A model generated the notes under the pieces. That model had not been told where the DNA came from, did no database searches, and saw only the letters and a program-made list of their open reading frames with translations. A program made the position numbers and the translations under genes. A DNA stretch of 39,027 nucleotides from Octopus sinensis (lineage: Eukaryota), in the NCBI RefSeq assembly GCF_006345805.1, contig NW_021836856.1:1-39027 (forward strand). Direction: 5' to 3'. Shown piece by piece: positions 26,239-36,985 of this stretch; position 1 is the stretch's first letter, and every line of letters begins with the position of its first letter.

Positions 26239-26970
26239 ATAAAATATATGTAAATATATATATGTATGTATATATATGTATATATGTATATATATACATA
26301 TACATATATATATACATATATATGTGTGTGTGTGTATATATGTATATATATGAATGTGTGATGTATGTGCGTATGTATGAAGGTATGTATGTACGTAAGT
26401 ATGTCTTGTGCGTGTATGTGTATACATAACACAGATTATATGTATATTTATACGTAATATGTAAATATTCTAATATATATACATATATATATATACATAT
26501 ATATATATATGCACTCACATACATTGATGCATGTGTATGTACATGTATTGACATGAACGATCATATATATATACATACATGCATGCATACATACGTACAC
26601 ACATACATAGATACACACCTATAAATATATATATATACACACATACATATGTTCATACACACACACACATATATATGTGTATATATGGGCATATATATAA
26701 GTATATATATATATATATATATTTTCGTACATTTATATATAAACCCACATACACATATACATATATATACACACGCACACACATATATATATTATATATA
26801 TATACACATATATATATATATACATACGTATATGCATATGTATGTATACATACGTATACAAATACGCATGAAGACACATAGGCTCATATATATATATATG
26901 TATATATACATTTATATATATATATATATTCACACACACACACACACACACACAAATACACACACATATA
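26169..26970. repeat. Long degenerate dinucleotide (CT/CA/TA) region
   Basis: Direct reading. Confidence 0.93.
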
Positions 26971-27229
26971 AAGCAGTTTATCCAATAAATTTCCAATCTT
27001 CCTTGTTTCGTTGTGTGGTGGAAAGAGAGAAGCATTTATAGCTGTTACGTTCTTCTAATTAGCGTAAGCTGTAGAAAAAGAAAAAAAAATGGGGGAAGAA
27101 TATACGACGGTACGATGTTTCTTAACGTACATGACACCCCCGCCCAATCCTAAACCCCATATTTTCCTTCACTACACATATAATGGCACCTCCTACTTCC
27201 GATAGTTGAGTCGTGATTGCTATCATGGC

Positions 27230-27270
<41 letters not shown>

Positions 27271-27275
27271 TCGTC

Positions 27276-27485
27276 AAGGTGGCGAGCTGGCAGAATTGTA
27301 CGCACGCCGGGCGAAAATGCTTAGCGGAGTTTCGTCCTGCTATACGTTCTGAGTTCAAATTCAGTCGGGGTCTACTTTGCCTTTCATCCTTTCGCAGTCG
27401 ATAAATTAAGTACTGATCAAGGAATGGGGCCCATGTGATACTCTCCCTCCCCACAAAAATCCAGGCCTTGTGCCTATAGTAGAAA
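27276..27485 (+). mobile_element. SINE family A
   Basis: AAGGTGGCGAGCTGGCAGAA..TACGTTCTGAGTTCAAATTC..CCTTTCATCCTTTCG..CCTTGTGCCTATAGTAGAAA, then (ATT)n. Confidence 0.87.
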
Positions 27486-27500
27486 TTATTATCATCATCA

Positions 27501-27555
<55 letters not shown>

Positions 27556-27577
27556 CATAATCATCATCATTATTATT

Positions 27578-27746
27578 AGGGTGGCAGAATCGTTAGCACA
27601 CCGGATCAAATGCATAGCGGCAATTCGCCCTTCGATACGTTCTGAGTTCAAATTCCTCCAAGGGGTCGATAAATTCCGTCATGGAGTTGATGAAATCGAC
27701 TAGTTCCCTCACCCCCAAATTTGAGGCCTTGTGCCTCCAGTAGAAA
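27578..27746 (+). mobile_element. SINE family A, internally deleted
   Basis: GGGTGGCAGAATCGTTAGC..TACGTTCTGAGTTCAAATTCC..CCTTGTGCCTCCAGTAGAAAG, flanked by (ATT)n. Confidence 0.85.
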
Positions 27747-27757
27747 GTATTATCATA

Positions 27758-27811
<54 letters not shown>

Positions 27812-27836
27812 TATTATTATTATTATTATTATATTC

Positions 27837-29423
27837 AATAGTTTTATTTTTATAGCGTGCTTTCACTTCACTACCGAGCGCAGCTCTGTGTGCCTTGGGT
27901 ATGTGCTGTGATTTGTTGTGATGCTCTGATGGTTATTGTATGGAAAGTGTTCTGCGTAGGATGTGTGCAGTGCCTAGTAGTGCAATTTTCTGTATGTTAT
28001 ATGTGTTTGTAAGTCCTGGTGTTTTTGTTATGTATTTGTCTGAATATTTTTTTATCATGCATAATGCACCTACTATGATAGGAATTGTTTCTGTTTTCAG
28101 GTTCCACATTCTAGTTACCTCTATTTCCAGGTCTTTGTATTTTGAGAGTTTCTCCATTTCTTTTAGAGACACGTTGTCATCTGCCGGTATTGATACATCA
28201 ATTAGAAAGCATTTTTTTTCTTCATGATCTCTGACAACTATATCTGGTCTGTTGGCCTTAATTTCTCTATCTGTGTGTATCGGCATATCCCAGAGTATGG
28301 TTGCTTTCTCGTTTTCTGTGACCTTTTCTGGTGTGTGCCTATACCATCTTTTTTCTGTTGTTATTCCATAATGTTGGCATAGCTTCCAATGTATGTAGGT
28401 TCCAACTCTGTCATGTCTGTGAATATATTCCTTCTTAGCCAGGACTGGGCAGCTAGAGATAATATGATTTATTGTTTCTTGTCCATCTCCACATATTCTG
28501 CAGTTACTTGTAATATTTCTTTTCATTACATGTTTTTGGTAATTTCTGTTGGGGAGGCTTTGGTCTTGTGCTGCAATTAAAAATCCCTCGGTTTCTGCTT
28601 TGAGTCCTGAGCTTCTCAACCATTGCTGGGATTTTTCTTTGTCTATTTCTTTTGCGTTTAGTTTAGTGCAGTATTTACCATGAAGGGGCTTTTCTTGCCA
28701 TCGTTTTATCATGGCTCGTTGCTGTTCTATTTTTAGTTTGGATTTCATTTGTTTTATAGCTTTTGTTGTTTCTTCATCTTCTTCTTCTTCTTCTTCTTCT
28801 TCTTTGTGTTTATTAGGTGGTATGATTTCTTGTTTGTATTTGTCAGCTTCCTTAAATACTGAGAACAGTTTTTTGTTTTGCTCGTGTTTTGCCGCTATCT
28901 GGATCAGTTTTCCTTCCTTCTGAAGTAGGTATTTTTGCAGTCCTATGGTGGTTATTTTATAGTAGTTTTCCAACTGTATAAGGCCTCTACCACCTTCTAT
29001 ACGTTGTATATATAGTCTTTCTATGTCAGATTTTGGGTGGGGATGCATCCTAGATCCTGTCAGTATTTTTCTTGTTTTCCTATCTATTTTGGACAGTTCA
29101 TTTCGTGTCCAGTTAAGGATATTGTAGCTGTAACTTATAACTGGGACAGCTAAAGTGTTGATACCTATTATCTTGTTTTTAGCATTGAGCTCTGTTTTTA
29201 GTATTGATCTAACTCGTCTATAATATTCTTTTTTTATTTTCTCTTTCATTTGTGTGTGTTGTGTCTTATCTAGTTCATGGATTCCTAAGTATTTGTAAGT
29301 TTGGCTTTGGTCTAATTCTTTTATTTCATTGGTTTTATCTGGTGTGATGTTGTTACTCTTAACTAGTTTTCCTCTTTTCATGGTTACTTTGGCGCATTTT
29401 TCTAATTGGCGCATTTTTCTAAT
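27837..29423 (-). mobile_element. 5'-truncated R4/Dong-clade (RLE-type) non-LTR retrotransposon inserted in (TAA)n
   Basis: Long ORF, a ~95 bp 3' UTR ending in TAA repeats, and TAA/ATT tracts on both flanks. Dong elements are established (TAA)n-targeting members of the R4 clade. Confidence 0.93.
27933..29414 (-). CDS. Open 493-aa C-terminal part of the retrotransposon polyprotein (RT end/thumb, CCHC zinc knuckle, PD-(D/E)xK restriction-like endonuclease); probably not an expressed standalone gene
   Basis: LEKCA (end of RT), YKYLG, GGRGL, ETEGFLIAAQDQSL, CRICG..ETINHIISSC, RHDRV, ILWD..I.TD, NRPDIV..CFLIDVSIP, EKLSKYKDL, LLGTAHILRR. The YxDD catalytic core is absent. Confidence 0.9.
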   Translation of the reverse strand: MRQLEKCAKVTMKRGKLVKSNNITPDKTNEIKELDQSQTYKYLGIHELDKTQHTQMKEKIKKEYYRRVRSILKTELNAKNKIIGINTLAVPVISYSYNILNWTRNELSKIDRKTRKILTGSRMHPHPKSDIERLYIQRIEGGRGLIQLENYYKITTIGLQKYLLQKEGKLIQIAAKHEQNKKLFSVFKEADKYKQEIIPPNKHKEEEEEEEEDEETTKAIKQMKSKLKIEQQRAMIKRWQEKPLHGKYCTKLNAKEIDKEKSQQWLRSSGLKAETEGFLIAAQDQSLPNRNYQKHVMKRNITSNCRICGDGQETINHIISSCPVLAKKEYIHRHDRVGTYIHWKLCQHYGITTEKRWYRHTPEKVTENEKATILWDMPIHTDREIKANRPDIVVRDHEEKKCFLIDVSIPADDNVSLKEMEKLSKYKDLEIEVTRMWNLKTETIPIIVGALCMIKKYSDKYITKTPGLTNTYNIQKIALLGTAHILRRTLSIQ

Positions 29424-29437
29424 AATAATAATAATTA

Positions 29438-29468
<31 letters not shown>

Positions 29469-29504
29469 TATTATTATTATTATTATTATTATTTTTATTA
29501 TCAT

Positions 29505-30075
29505 TATTATCTTATGTTTGACTTTTGCTTTACATTTGTACAAGTTGGCTCCAAGTCTCACCCAGAGACCTCAAGAGACAACAAATTGGAAGTTCATGTT
29601 GGTGTTATGTCTAGGGTGAAATATATTTGGGTTCGTACATAATATTGTTCTAGAGAATTTTTAAGAAAACATAGAAAATCACGAGTTTGTTTTAAAACTT
29701 GAGATTACATAGAAAGTATTTTGGATAGGATATGGGCAGTTCCCATGAGCACTATCTTTTGAATTCCTGCCATTTCGGGTTTTCCTGGTATCTGAACTAG
29801 GTAGCAATCAGTCCCTTTTGCTATCATTCCCAAGGTACCTATGACAACAGGTATTGTTTTAGTCTTCAGGTTCCACATTTTGCCAATTTCTATTTCAAGA
29901 TCTTTATACTTGCTCAGTTTTTGGTAGGTCTTGACAGATACGTTTATATCGATTGGGACAGTCATATCAATGAGGAGGCATGATTTTTGTCTGAAGCCTG
30001 TCAATATGATTTCTGGTTTATTTGTATCTATCTTTCTGCTAGTTTAAATGGTGAAGTTCCAGAGGAGTGGGATGC
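29505..30075 (-). mobile_element. Second R4/Dong-clade 3' remnant (different subfamily, ~200 bp 3' UTR)
   Basis: LLWNFTI / KTSRKIDTNKPEIIL..KSCLLIDMTVP..QKLSKYKDLEIEIGKMWNLKTKTIPVVIGTLG..IQKIVLMGTAHILSKILSM*. It ends in (TAA)n. Confidence 0.9.
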
Positions 30076-30110
30076 AATTATTATTATTATTATTATTATT
30101 GTAATTATTA

Positions 30111-30148
<38 letters not shown>

Positions 30149-30186
30149 TACTACTACTACTACTACTACTACTAACACTACTTATT

Positions 30187-30459
30187 AAGGCTATCAAACT
30201 GGCAGAATCGATAGATTTTCCGACAAAATGCTTAGGTGAGTTTTTTGTTTTTTTCTGGGTCTTTACGTTTCCGAGTTCAAATTCCGCCGAAATCACCATT
30301 GCTGTTCATTGTTTCGGGACGGATAGAATAATCCTTTGCATTATAGGCACAGGGTCTGAAATTTTGGGGAATGAGTAAGTCAATAACATCGACCCCAGTA
30401 TTTCACTGGTACTTAATTTATCGACCCCGAAAGGATGAAAGGAAAAGTCGACCTGGGCG
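30187..30459. mobile_element. Two family A SINE halves in tail-to-tail orientation
   Basis: 30187-30325 is the plus-strand 5' half. 30328-30459 reverse-complements to GTCGAC..CCTTTCATCCTTTCGGGGTCGATAAATTAAGTACC..CCCTGTGCCTATAATGCAAAGGATTATT, the 3' half. Confidence 0.8.
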
Positions 30460-30539
30460 TTCATAGAATTATGTGATGTTTTGAGATTCGTATGTGCTGT
30501 GTGATCATTGCTAATTTTTAGTATAGATTATGCGTTGTG

Positions 30540-31342
30540 AAAGAGTGAGTGAGCGTGGGAGGGAGGGAGGGGACGAATGAATGAGTGAGTGAGTGCGTGA
30601 ATAAGTGATTGAATGAATGAGTGGGTGGATGAATGAGTGAGGGAGTGAGTGAATGGATGAATAAATGAGTGAGTGAATGAGTAAGAAGATGAATAAGTGT
30701 ATGAAGGATGGAGAGTAAGTGGATGAATGAATGAGTGAGAGAAGGTGGGAAGGAGTGAGTGAATGAGAGGACGAATGAGTGAGTAAATGAATATGTGAAT
30801 GAGTGAGGCAGTGAGTGATTGAGGGAGGGAGTGATTGAGTGCACGAATGAGTGAGTGAGTGAATGAGTGAGTAGATGAATGAGTGAGAGGGTGAGTGAGG
30901 GAGGGAAGGATTGAATGGATGAATGAGTGATTGAATGAGTGAGTGGATGAATGAATGACCGAGGGAGTGAGTGGAGGAATGAATGAGTGAGGGTGGGAGG
31001 GATAGAATGAGTGAATGAGTGGACGAATGAGTGGGTGAGTGAATGAGTGAGTAGATGAATGAGTGAGGGGTGAGTGAGGGAGAGAAGGATTGAATGGATG
31101 AATGAGTGAGTGAATGAGTGAGTGGATGAATGAATGACTGAGGGAGTGAGTGGAGGAATGAATGAGTGAGGGTGGGAGGGAGAGAATGAGTGAATGAGTG
31201 GACGAATGAGTGAGTGAGTGAATGAGTGAGTTGATGAATGAATGAATGAATGAAGAAGGGAGGGGAGTGAGAGTGTGAATGAGTGAATGAATGAGGGAGG
31301 GGGATGGGAATGAGTGAGAGAGTGAGTGAGTGAGTGAGTGTA
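30540..31342. repeat. Purine-rich (GAGT/GAAT/GAGG)n satellite with a ~180 bp higher-order period
   Basis: gaatgagtgagt(a/t)gatgaatg starts at 30861, 31041 and 31220, with shared variant units between them. Confidence 0.9.
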
Positions 31343-31399
31343 TAATGAAAATGTCGTAGGATCTTTGAGGCCCATCAGAATGTACTGTAGAAACTCATC

Positions 31400-31851
31400 T
31401 AAATTTCGAATACATGACCATGATGATGATGACGACGATGATGATGATGATGATGATGATGATATGATGATGATCATGGTGGTGGTGGTGGTGGTGGTGT
31501 TGGTGTTGATGAACGTGATGAACATGATGACCGTTGTGGTGCTGGTTGTGATGATCATGGTGTAGGCGACAGTGGCAATGATGATGGTGGTGTTGATGAT
31601 GGTGATGCTGATGATGATGGTAGGGATGATGGAATAATGAGGACGACAATGGTGGCGATCATGATCACCATCATCATAATCATCATCATGGATATTATGA
31701 TTCTGGTGCTGCTGATCATGTTGGTGATGATAATGAGAGGATGATGTTGTTTAGTAGTTGTCGATGAGAATATCGTTCGATGATGTTGATGATGATGATG
31801 AAGACGATGAGGAGGAGGAGGATGTAGACGACGACGACGGTGACAGCGATG

Positions 31852-31905
<54 letters not shown>

Positions 31906-31980
31906 GTAACAACGATGATGACAACGACCATGTTGATGAAGACGATGATGATGCTGATGGTGATGACGATGGTGTTTTAT
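31400..31980. repeat. Degenerate (GAT/GGT/GAC/ATT)n trinucleotide region
   Basis: Direct reading. Confidence 0.92.
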
Positions 31981-32018
31981 TACATAAGTGGAAGGCCTAA
32001 AATTTTGTTGGGTGCATA

Positions 32019-32982
32019 CCGTAAATCATCGAGTATAATCCTCATTTTCCCCCAAAAAATTTAAAGGTCACAATCCCTAGTGCGTACTATATACGAGGTT
32101 AAAAATGAAAATTATTTTCTAAGCAATGTCCGAGTCTCTATTTGCTGTCCGGCAATATATATTCAGGCGCATTTTGTGATGTCGGGCGCGAAAATACCTT
32201 AAGCTAACCCTAAAAGCAATGAAGTCATAAAAGAATCATCCATGATTTGCAGTAAGCAACATTTATTAAAATAAAGTATTCAGAACACAGAATAACATGT
32301 AACAAAAACACTTTGCAAACATATTTACATTCCCATATAACAGTTGAGAACATCACCATTATTGTATTACGCATGCGCGGAAGTGTTTGTTCGACTAGGT
32401 ACTGCTGGCTTAATTACGCGCGATTTGCGCTCAATAGTTTAGCGCTAAATAGTTCATCCTTCTGTTTATATTAGCAGTTTGCATCATTACCGTGGCAAAC
32501 AATAGATACTTAATTAAATACCAGTATTACATGTTTGAACTACTGTGGGACTTTACTAGGGTTTATTATAAGCGGGACTTAAACCTGTACATTAATCTCC
32601 AATAAAACATTTTATACACTACATGCACAGAAAATGCCTCGTAGATCTTATTCAGCTATGTTTAAACTTGAAGTTATATCATATGTTGAAGAGCATGATA
32701 ATAGGGCTGCCGAAAGAAAATTTGACGAAAGCAATGTCAGTTTATGGAGAAGAAATAAAGATGAAATTAAACAGATACCAAAGATAAAGAAAGCAAGAAT
32801 GCAATAACAAAGGACGTTACCGTACACATTTTTACAAACCAAGGACGTTATATAGACCTCCTTGACTCAAATTAGAGAAGGGGTGCGTATTATACACAAG
32901 GTTTAGGTTTTTCAGAGGTACAGGCCCCTAAAAATCAGCTGCGTATTATACACAAGGGCAGACTATACTCAAGGATTTATGG
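32019..32982 (+). mobile_element. Internally deleted pogo/Tc2-type DNA transposon with TA target-site duplication
   Basis: TA|CCGTAAATCATCGAGTATAA at the left end and reverse complement CCATAAATCCTTGAGTATAG|TA at the right end (16/20 identical). Subterminal GCGTA(C/T)TATA(T/C)AC(G/A)AGG motifs and a transposase N-terminus lie inside. Confidence 0.88.
32634..32807 (+). CDS. 57-aa truncated pogo transposase N-terminal Brinker-type HTH DNA-binding domain
   Basis: Manual translation gives MPRRSYSAMFKLEVISYVEEHDNRAAERKFDESNVSLWRRNKDEIKQIPKIKKARMQ*, matching the POGK/pogo BrkDBD pattern RSY...FKL.V..Y.E..GNRAA.RKF...V..WR. It is below the 60-aa ORF-track cutoff. Confidence 0.75.
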   Translation: MPRRSYSAMFKLEVISYVEEHDNRAAERKFDESNVSLWRRNKDEIKQIPKIKKARMQ

Positions 32983-33130
32983 TATATTATATATATATTA
33001 TAATATATATATATATTATATATATATTATATATATTATATATATTATATATATATATTATAATAATATATTATATATATATTGTTATTATATATATATA
33101 TTGGAAGGTTTTGAGATGATGAACAGGTAT

Positions 33131-33339
33131 TATATATTAGAAGAAATGAGGTAATCAGAAGATCGATGGTTCATATTTACAGATATTTATTTATATATTA
33201 CATTTTTACATATATATCATATCATTCAGATCATGATCTGAATGATATGATATAATATGTAAAAAATGTAATATATAAATAAATATCTATAAATATGAAC
33301 CATCCGATCTTCTGATTACCTCATTTCTTCTAATATATA
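33131..33339. repeat. Spacer-less near-perfect palindrome with ~103 bp arms centred on TCA|TGA (33233/33234), TA-flanked
   Basis: By manual comparison the arms differ by three 1-bp indels and one substitution. Confidence 0.95.
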
Positions 33340-33369
33340 TATATATACGTGAGTGTGTGTCTATGTTTT

Positions 33370-33405
<36 letters not shown>

Positions 33406-34039
33406 TATGAATATGTATATAATGGTATACCCAATTTTGGTATTTCATTATCACGATTATATTTTACCTGCATAATTGCTGTTGCTTTGTCATATCCTAC
33501 TTACCTTTTGGTCATGTACCAACTTTAAGTTTTCCTTTCATATCCTTATCACTCTCATCCAATTCCATTTTGATAAACTTTTGTCCTTTTCTTTTTTTTT
33601 TTTTTGTTTTTCTCTATACAATTTTCAGTGTTTTGATATGTCAAAGATACTATGATGTCCGAGCTCAGTGGCAGCTATTAGTTAAAGAAAGCAATTATCT
33701 TGCAGGCATTAATGCAAAGAAGAATATCACACATAAAATATGGATTTCCAAAAGAACGGAACAACATATAATATGAAATAAATACTTAGTCTAACTAAAA
33801 ACACCTGCTTCTCCTTTCTATTTAGCCTGAATGTGATTTTTTTTTTTTTTACACTTGTGTTGCTCCTTATTTCATACAATCTACCTACTGCAACTGCAAC
33901 AACGACAACAACAACAGCAATACAAAATTCACAACAGAACAAAATATTTCAAGCGAGCAAGCACTTTTCTCTCTTCTTTGTGATGGTTTATCGTATTCCT
34001 TCACTTCTACGTATCTCATTATGCCTGTCAATATCCATA

Positions 34040-34074
34040 TATAATATATATAATATATATATATATATATAGAT

Positions 34075-34131
<57 letters not shown>

Positions 34132-34174
34132 CAGATAGATAGATAGATAGACAGATAGATAGATAGATAGATAG

Positions 34175-34206
<32 letters not shown>

Positions 34207-34300
34207 TACTATATATTATATATATATCTATATTATATATATATAATATATATATATATATCTATATATATACATATATATATATATATTATATATATAT
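34040..34300. repeat. Compound (TA)n/(GATA)n microsatellite
   Basis: Direct reading. Confidence 0.96.
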
Positions 34301-34359
34301 GTTGTGTGTGTGTGGGTTTAGAAAAGCAGCAACTTATATATCTTTTATTCTCTTCCTTG

Positions 34360-34575
34360 TTTTAGACATTTGACTGTTTCCATGCTGGAGCACCGCTTTT
34401 AGTCGAACGAACCGACCCCAGGACTTATTCTTTGTAAGCTCAGTACGCATTCTATTGGTCTCTTTTGCCGAAACGCTAATTCACGAGGATGTAAACGCAC
34501 CAACACAGCTTGTCCAGCGATGGTGGTGGGGGAACAAACAGACGCACAAATACATATGTAAACACACACACACAC

Positions 34576-34634
<59 letters not shown>

Positions 34635-34790
34635 CGACGAGCTTCTTTCAGTTTCCGTCTACCACATCCACTCACAAGGTTTTGGTCGGTCAGAGGCTAT
34701 AGCAGAACGCACTTGATCAAGGCGCCATGCAGTTGGACTGAACCCGGAACCATGTTTTTGTCAAGCAAGCGTCTTAACACACACCTATTC
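34360..34790 (-). mobile_element. Long SINE family B with internal (CA)n
   Basis: Reverse-complement homologue of 17479-17897, with head near 34740-34785, (CA)n at 34560-34620 and tail near 34370-34400. Confidence 0.85.
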
Positions 34791-35116
34791 CCGGGCCTAT
34801 ATACACATACATATGATAAACGACGCGCTTCTTTCAGTTTCTGTCTACCAAATTTACATATACATATACACAGGTACACACTTACACATGCATACCTGTA
34901 TTCATGAAACTACCTAAAACTCACTCATTCTTCTCGCGCACACATATATACATATTTTGGATTTCTGTATATATGGTTCAGATATGTGCAATTAAGTGGA
35001 TGTATAATTCCTTCACCTTTCGGTTCAAGGCCAGCAATTTGACTGGCTCGATAAGATTATCTTATGAAATCCAGTATGAAACTGGTATTAATATTTAGCG
35101 CTGAAAATATGTAAGA

Positions 35117-35494
35117 GGGCGGTGAGCTGGCAGAATGGGTAGCCGTATTTCGTCGGCCGTTACGTTCTGAGTTCAAATTCGCGAGGTTGGCTTTGCCTTT
35201 CATCCTTTCGGAGTCAATGAATTAAGTACCAGTTATGCACTGGCATCGATGTAATCGGCTTAAACCGCTTATCTGTCCTTGTTTGTCCTCTCTGTGTTTA
35301 GCCCTTTGTGGGTAGTAAAGAAATAGGTATTTCGTCTGCCGCTACGTTCTGAGTTCAAATTCCGCCGAGGTCGACTTTGCCTTTCATCCTTTCGGGGTTG
35401 ATTAAATAAGTGCAAGTTACGCACTGGTGTCGATATAATCGATTTAATCCCTTTGTCTGTCTTTGTTTAGCCCCGTGTGAGCAACAAAGAAATA
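35117..35494 (+). mobile_element. Family A-related SINE with a tandemly duplicated ~190 bp body
   Basis: Head GGGCGGTGAGCTGGCAGAA. The unit GTATTTCGTC..TACGTTCTGAGTTCAAATTC..CCTTTCATCCTTTCGG..TTTAGCCC..AAAGAAATA occurs twice (~35147 and ~35327). Confidence 0.82.
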
Positions 35495-35769
35495 AATATG
35501 TATGGTAAAATCTGGTTATGGCGGGATTTGAGCTCAGAACAATAAACAGTCGGATGTATTACTGCAAGACATTTTACCCGGTGCTCCACTATTTCAGGCA
35601 GCTCTAGACCTTACATGCATATATAATGCATAGATATATCGATTGCTAATATTTAAATATGGCTGATATAGTGTCGAAGTTAGATAGATATATACACTTC
35701 ATGTATTGTATACCTGTACAGACACCATATATAGGTACATATGTATGCCTATGTATGTGTACACACGAA

Positions 35770-35787
35770 TACATACTGATGTGTAAG

Positions 35788-35829
<42 letters not shown>

Positions 35830-36115
35830 GTGTATGAGTATATGCATGCACATATATATATACATACATGAGTGCTAATATATATATGCAGAGATATTTG
35901 CGTTTGCATGTATGTGTGCGTGCGTATGTACATCATACCTAAGGGTATATATATATATACATGTATGCATATATATAGGAATATATGTACATATGCACAT
36001 ATATGTTATATATACGTACATATATATATATACATACATATGTATGTGCATATATACATGCGTATATAAATATGTATATGTATATGTATATATATATGTA
36101 TATATATATATATGC

Positions 36116-36177
<62 letters not shown>

Positions 36178-36230
36178 GCATATATGCATGCGTATGTATA
36201 TATATAGTTGTACACATACATGTATACATA
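35770..36230. repeat. Degenerate (TA/TG/TATG)n region
   Basis: Direct reading. Confidence 0.93.
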
Positions 36231-36574
36231 AGCAATGCAGCAGCATCTGCCTGCTATATTGTGCATTCGTCTGTGATAGAAATCATTAGAAAATATCAGA
36301 AGAGAAAACCGGAAATGCGATCAGACGTTATACTTTACATCGCATTCTCGTTATTATCTTTGATATTTTGCTTAGTATTTTAGCCATCAGAGAGCGATCA
36401 CTAAAAGATGTTATACTATCAAACGATGGATGTTTAATTGCTGTACATACACACAAGGAGGCCGAGGGAAAATGTAAAGATAGGCGATCTAATTGACTGT
36501 GAAGGGTTAGCACTTGGCAATAACGATTAAAGCGTAGTAAAAACTGAGTTGATGTGCGTATTATTGCTTTGAAA

Positions 36575-36892
36575 TGTCTATCTATCTATCTCTTATCTAT
36601 CTATCATCTATCTATCTATCTATTCTATCTATCTATCTATATATATATAGCTATCTATAATCTATCTATCTGCTACTGTCTGTCTGTCTGTCTGTTCTAT
36701 CTATCTATCTATCTATCTATATATGATATATATATCTATATATATATATATATATATATAATATATTATCGGTCTGTTTGTCGTATGTCTGTCTGTGTTT
36801 GCTTATTTATCTCTATCTCTCTAATTACCGGTGTGTCTTCTGTCTGTCTGTCATCTATCTATCTACTATCTATCTATCTATCTTCTATCTAG

Positions 36893-36938
<46 letters not shown>

Positions 36939-36985
36939 CTCTCTCTCTTTCTCTCTCTCACTTGATATATATATATATATAGGTG
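36575..36985. repeat. Compound (TCTA)n/(TCTG)n/(TA)n/(CT)n region
   Basis: Direct reading. Confidence 0.93.

Noticed and set aside
30861-31220. CRISPR-like or repeat-spacer array
   Set aside because: The context is eukaryotic, there are no unique spacers between constant repeats, and no cas genes are present.
30518-31558. 346-aa His/Ser/Leu/Thr-rich ORF on the minus strand
   Set aside because: It is only the translation of the (ACTC/ATTC)n satellite and adjacent trinucleotide repeats, which lack stop codons in that frame.
36315-36498. Signal-anchor-like peptide [22 protein letters not shown] that would extend if one T were added
   Set aside because: It requires assuming a sequencing error, AT-rich DNA readily gives hydrophobic peptides, and there is no homology support.
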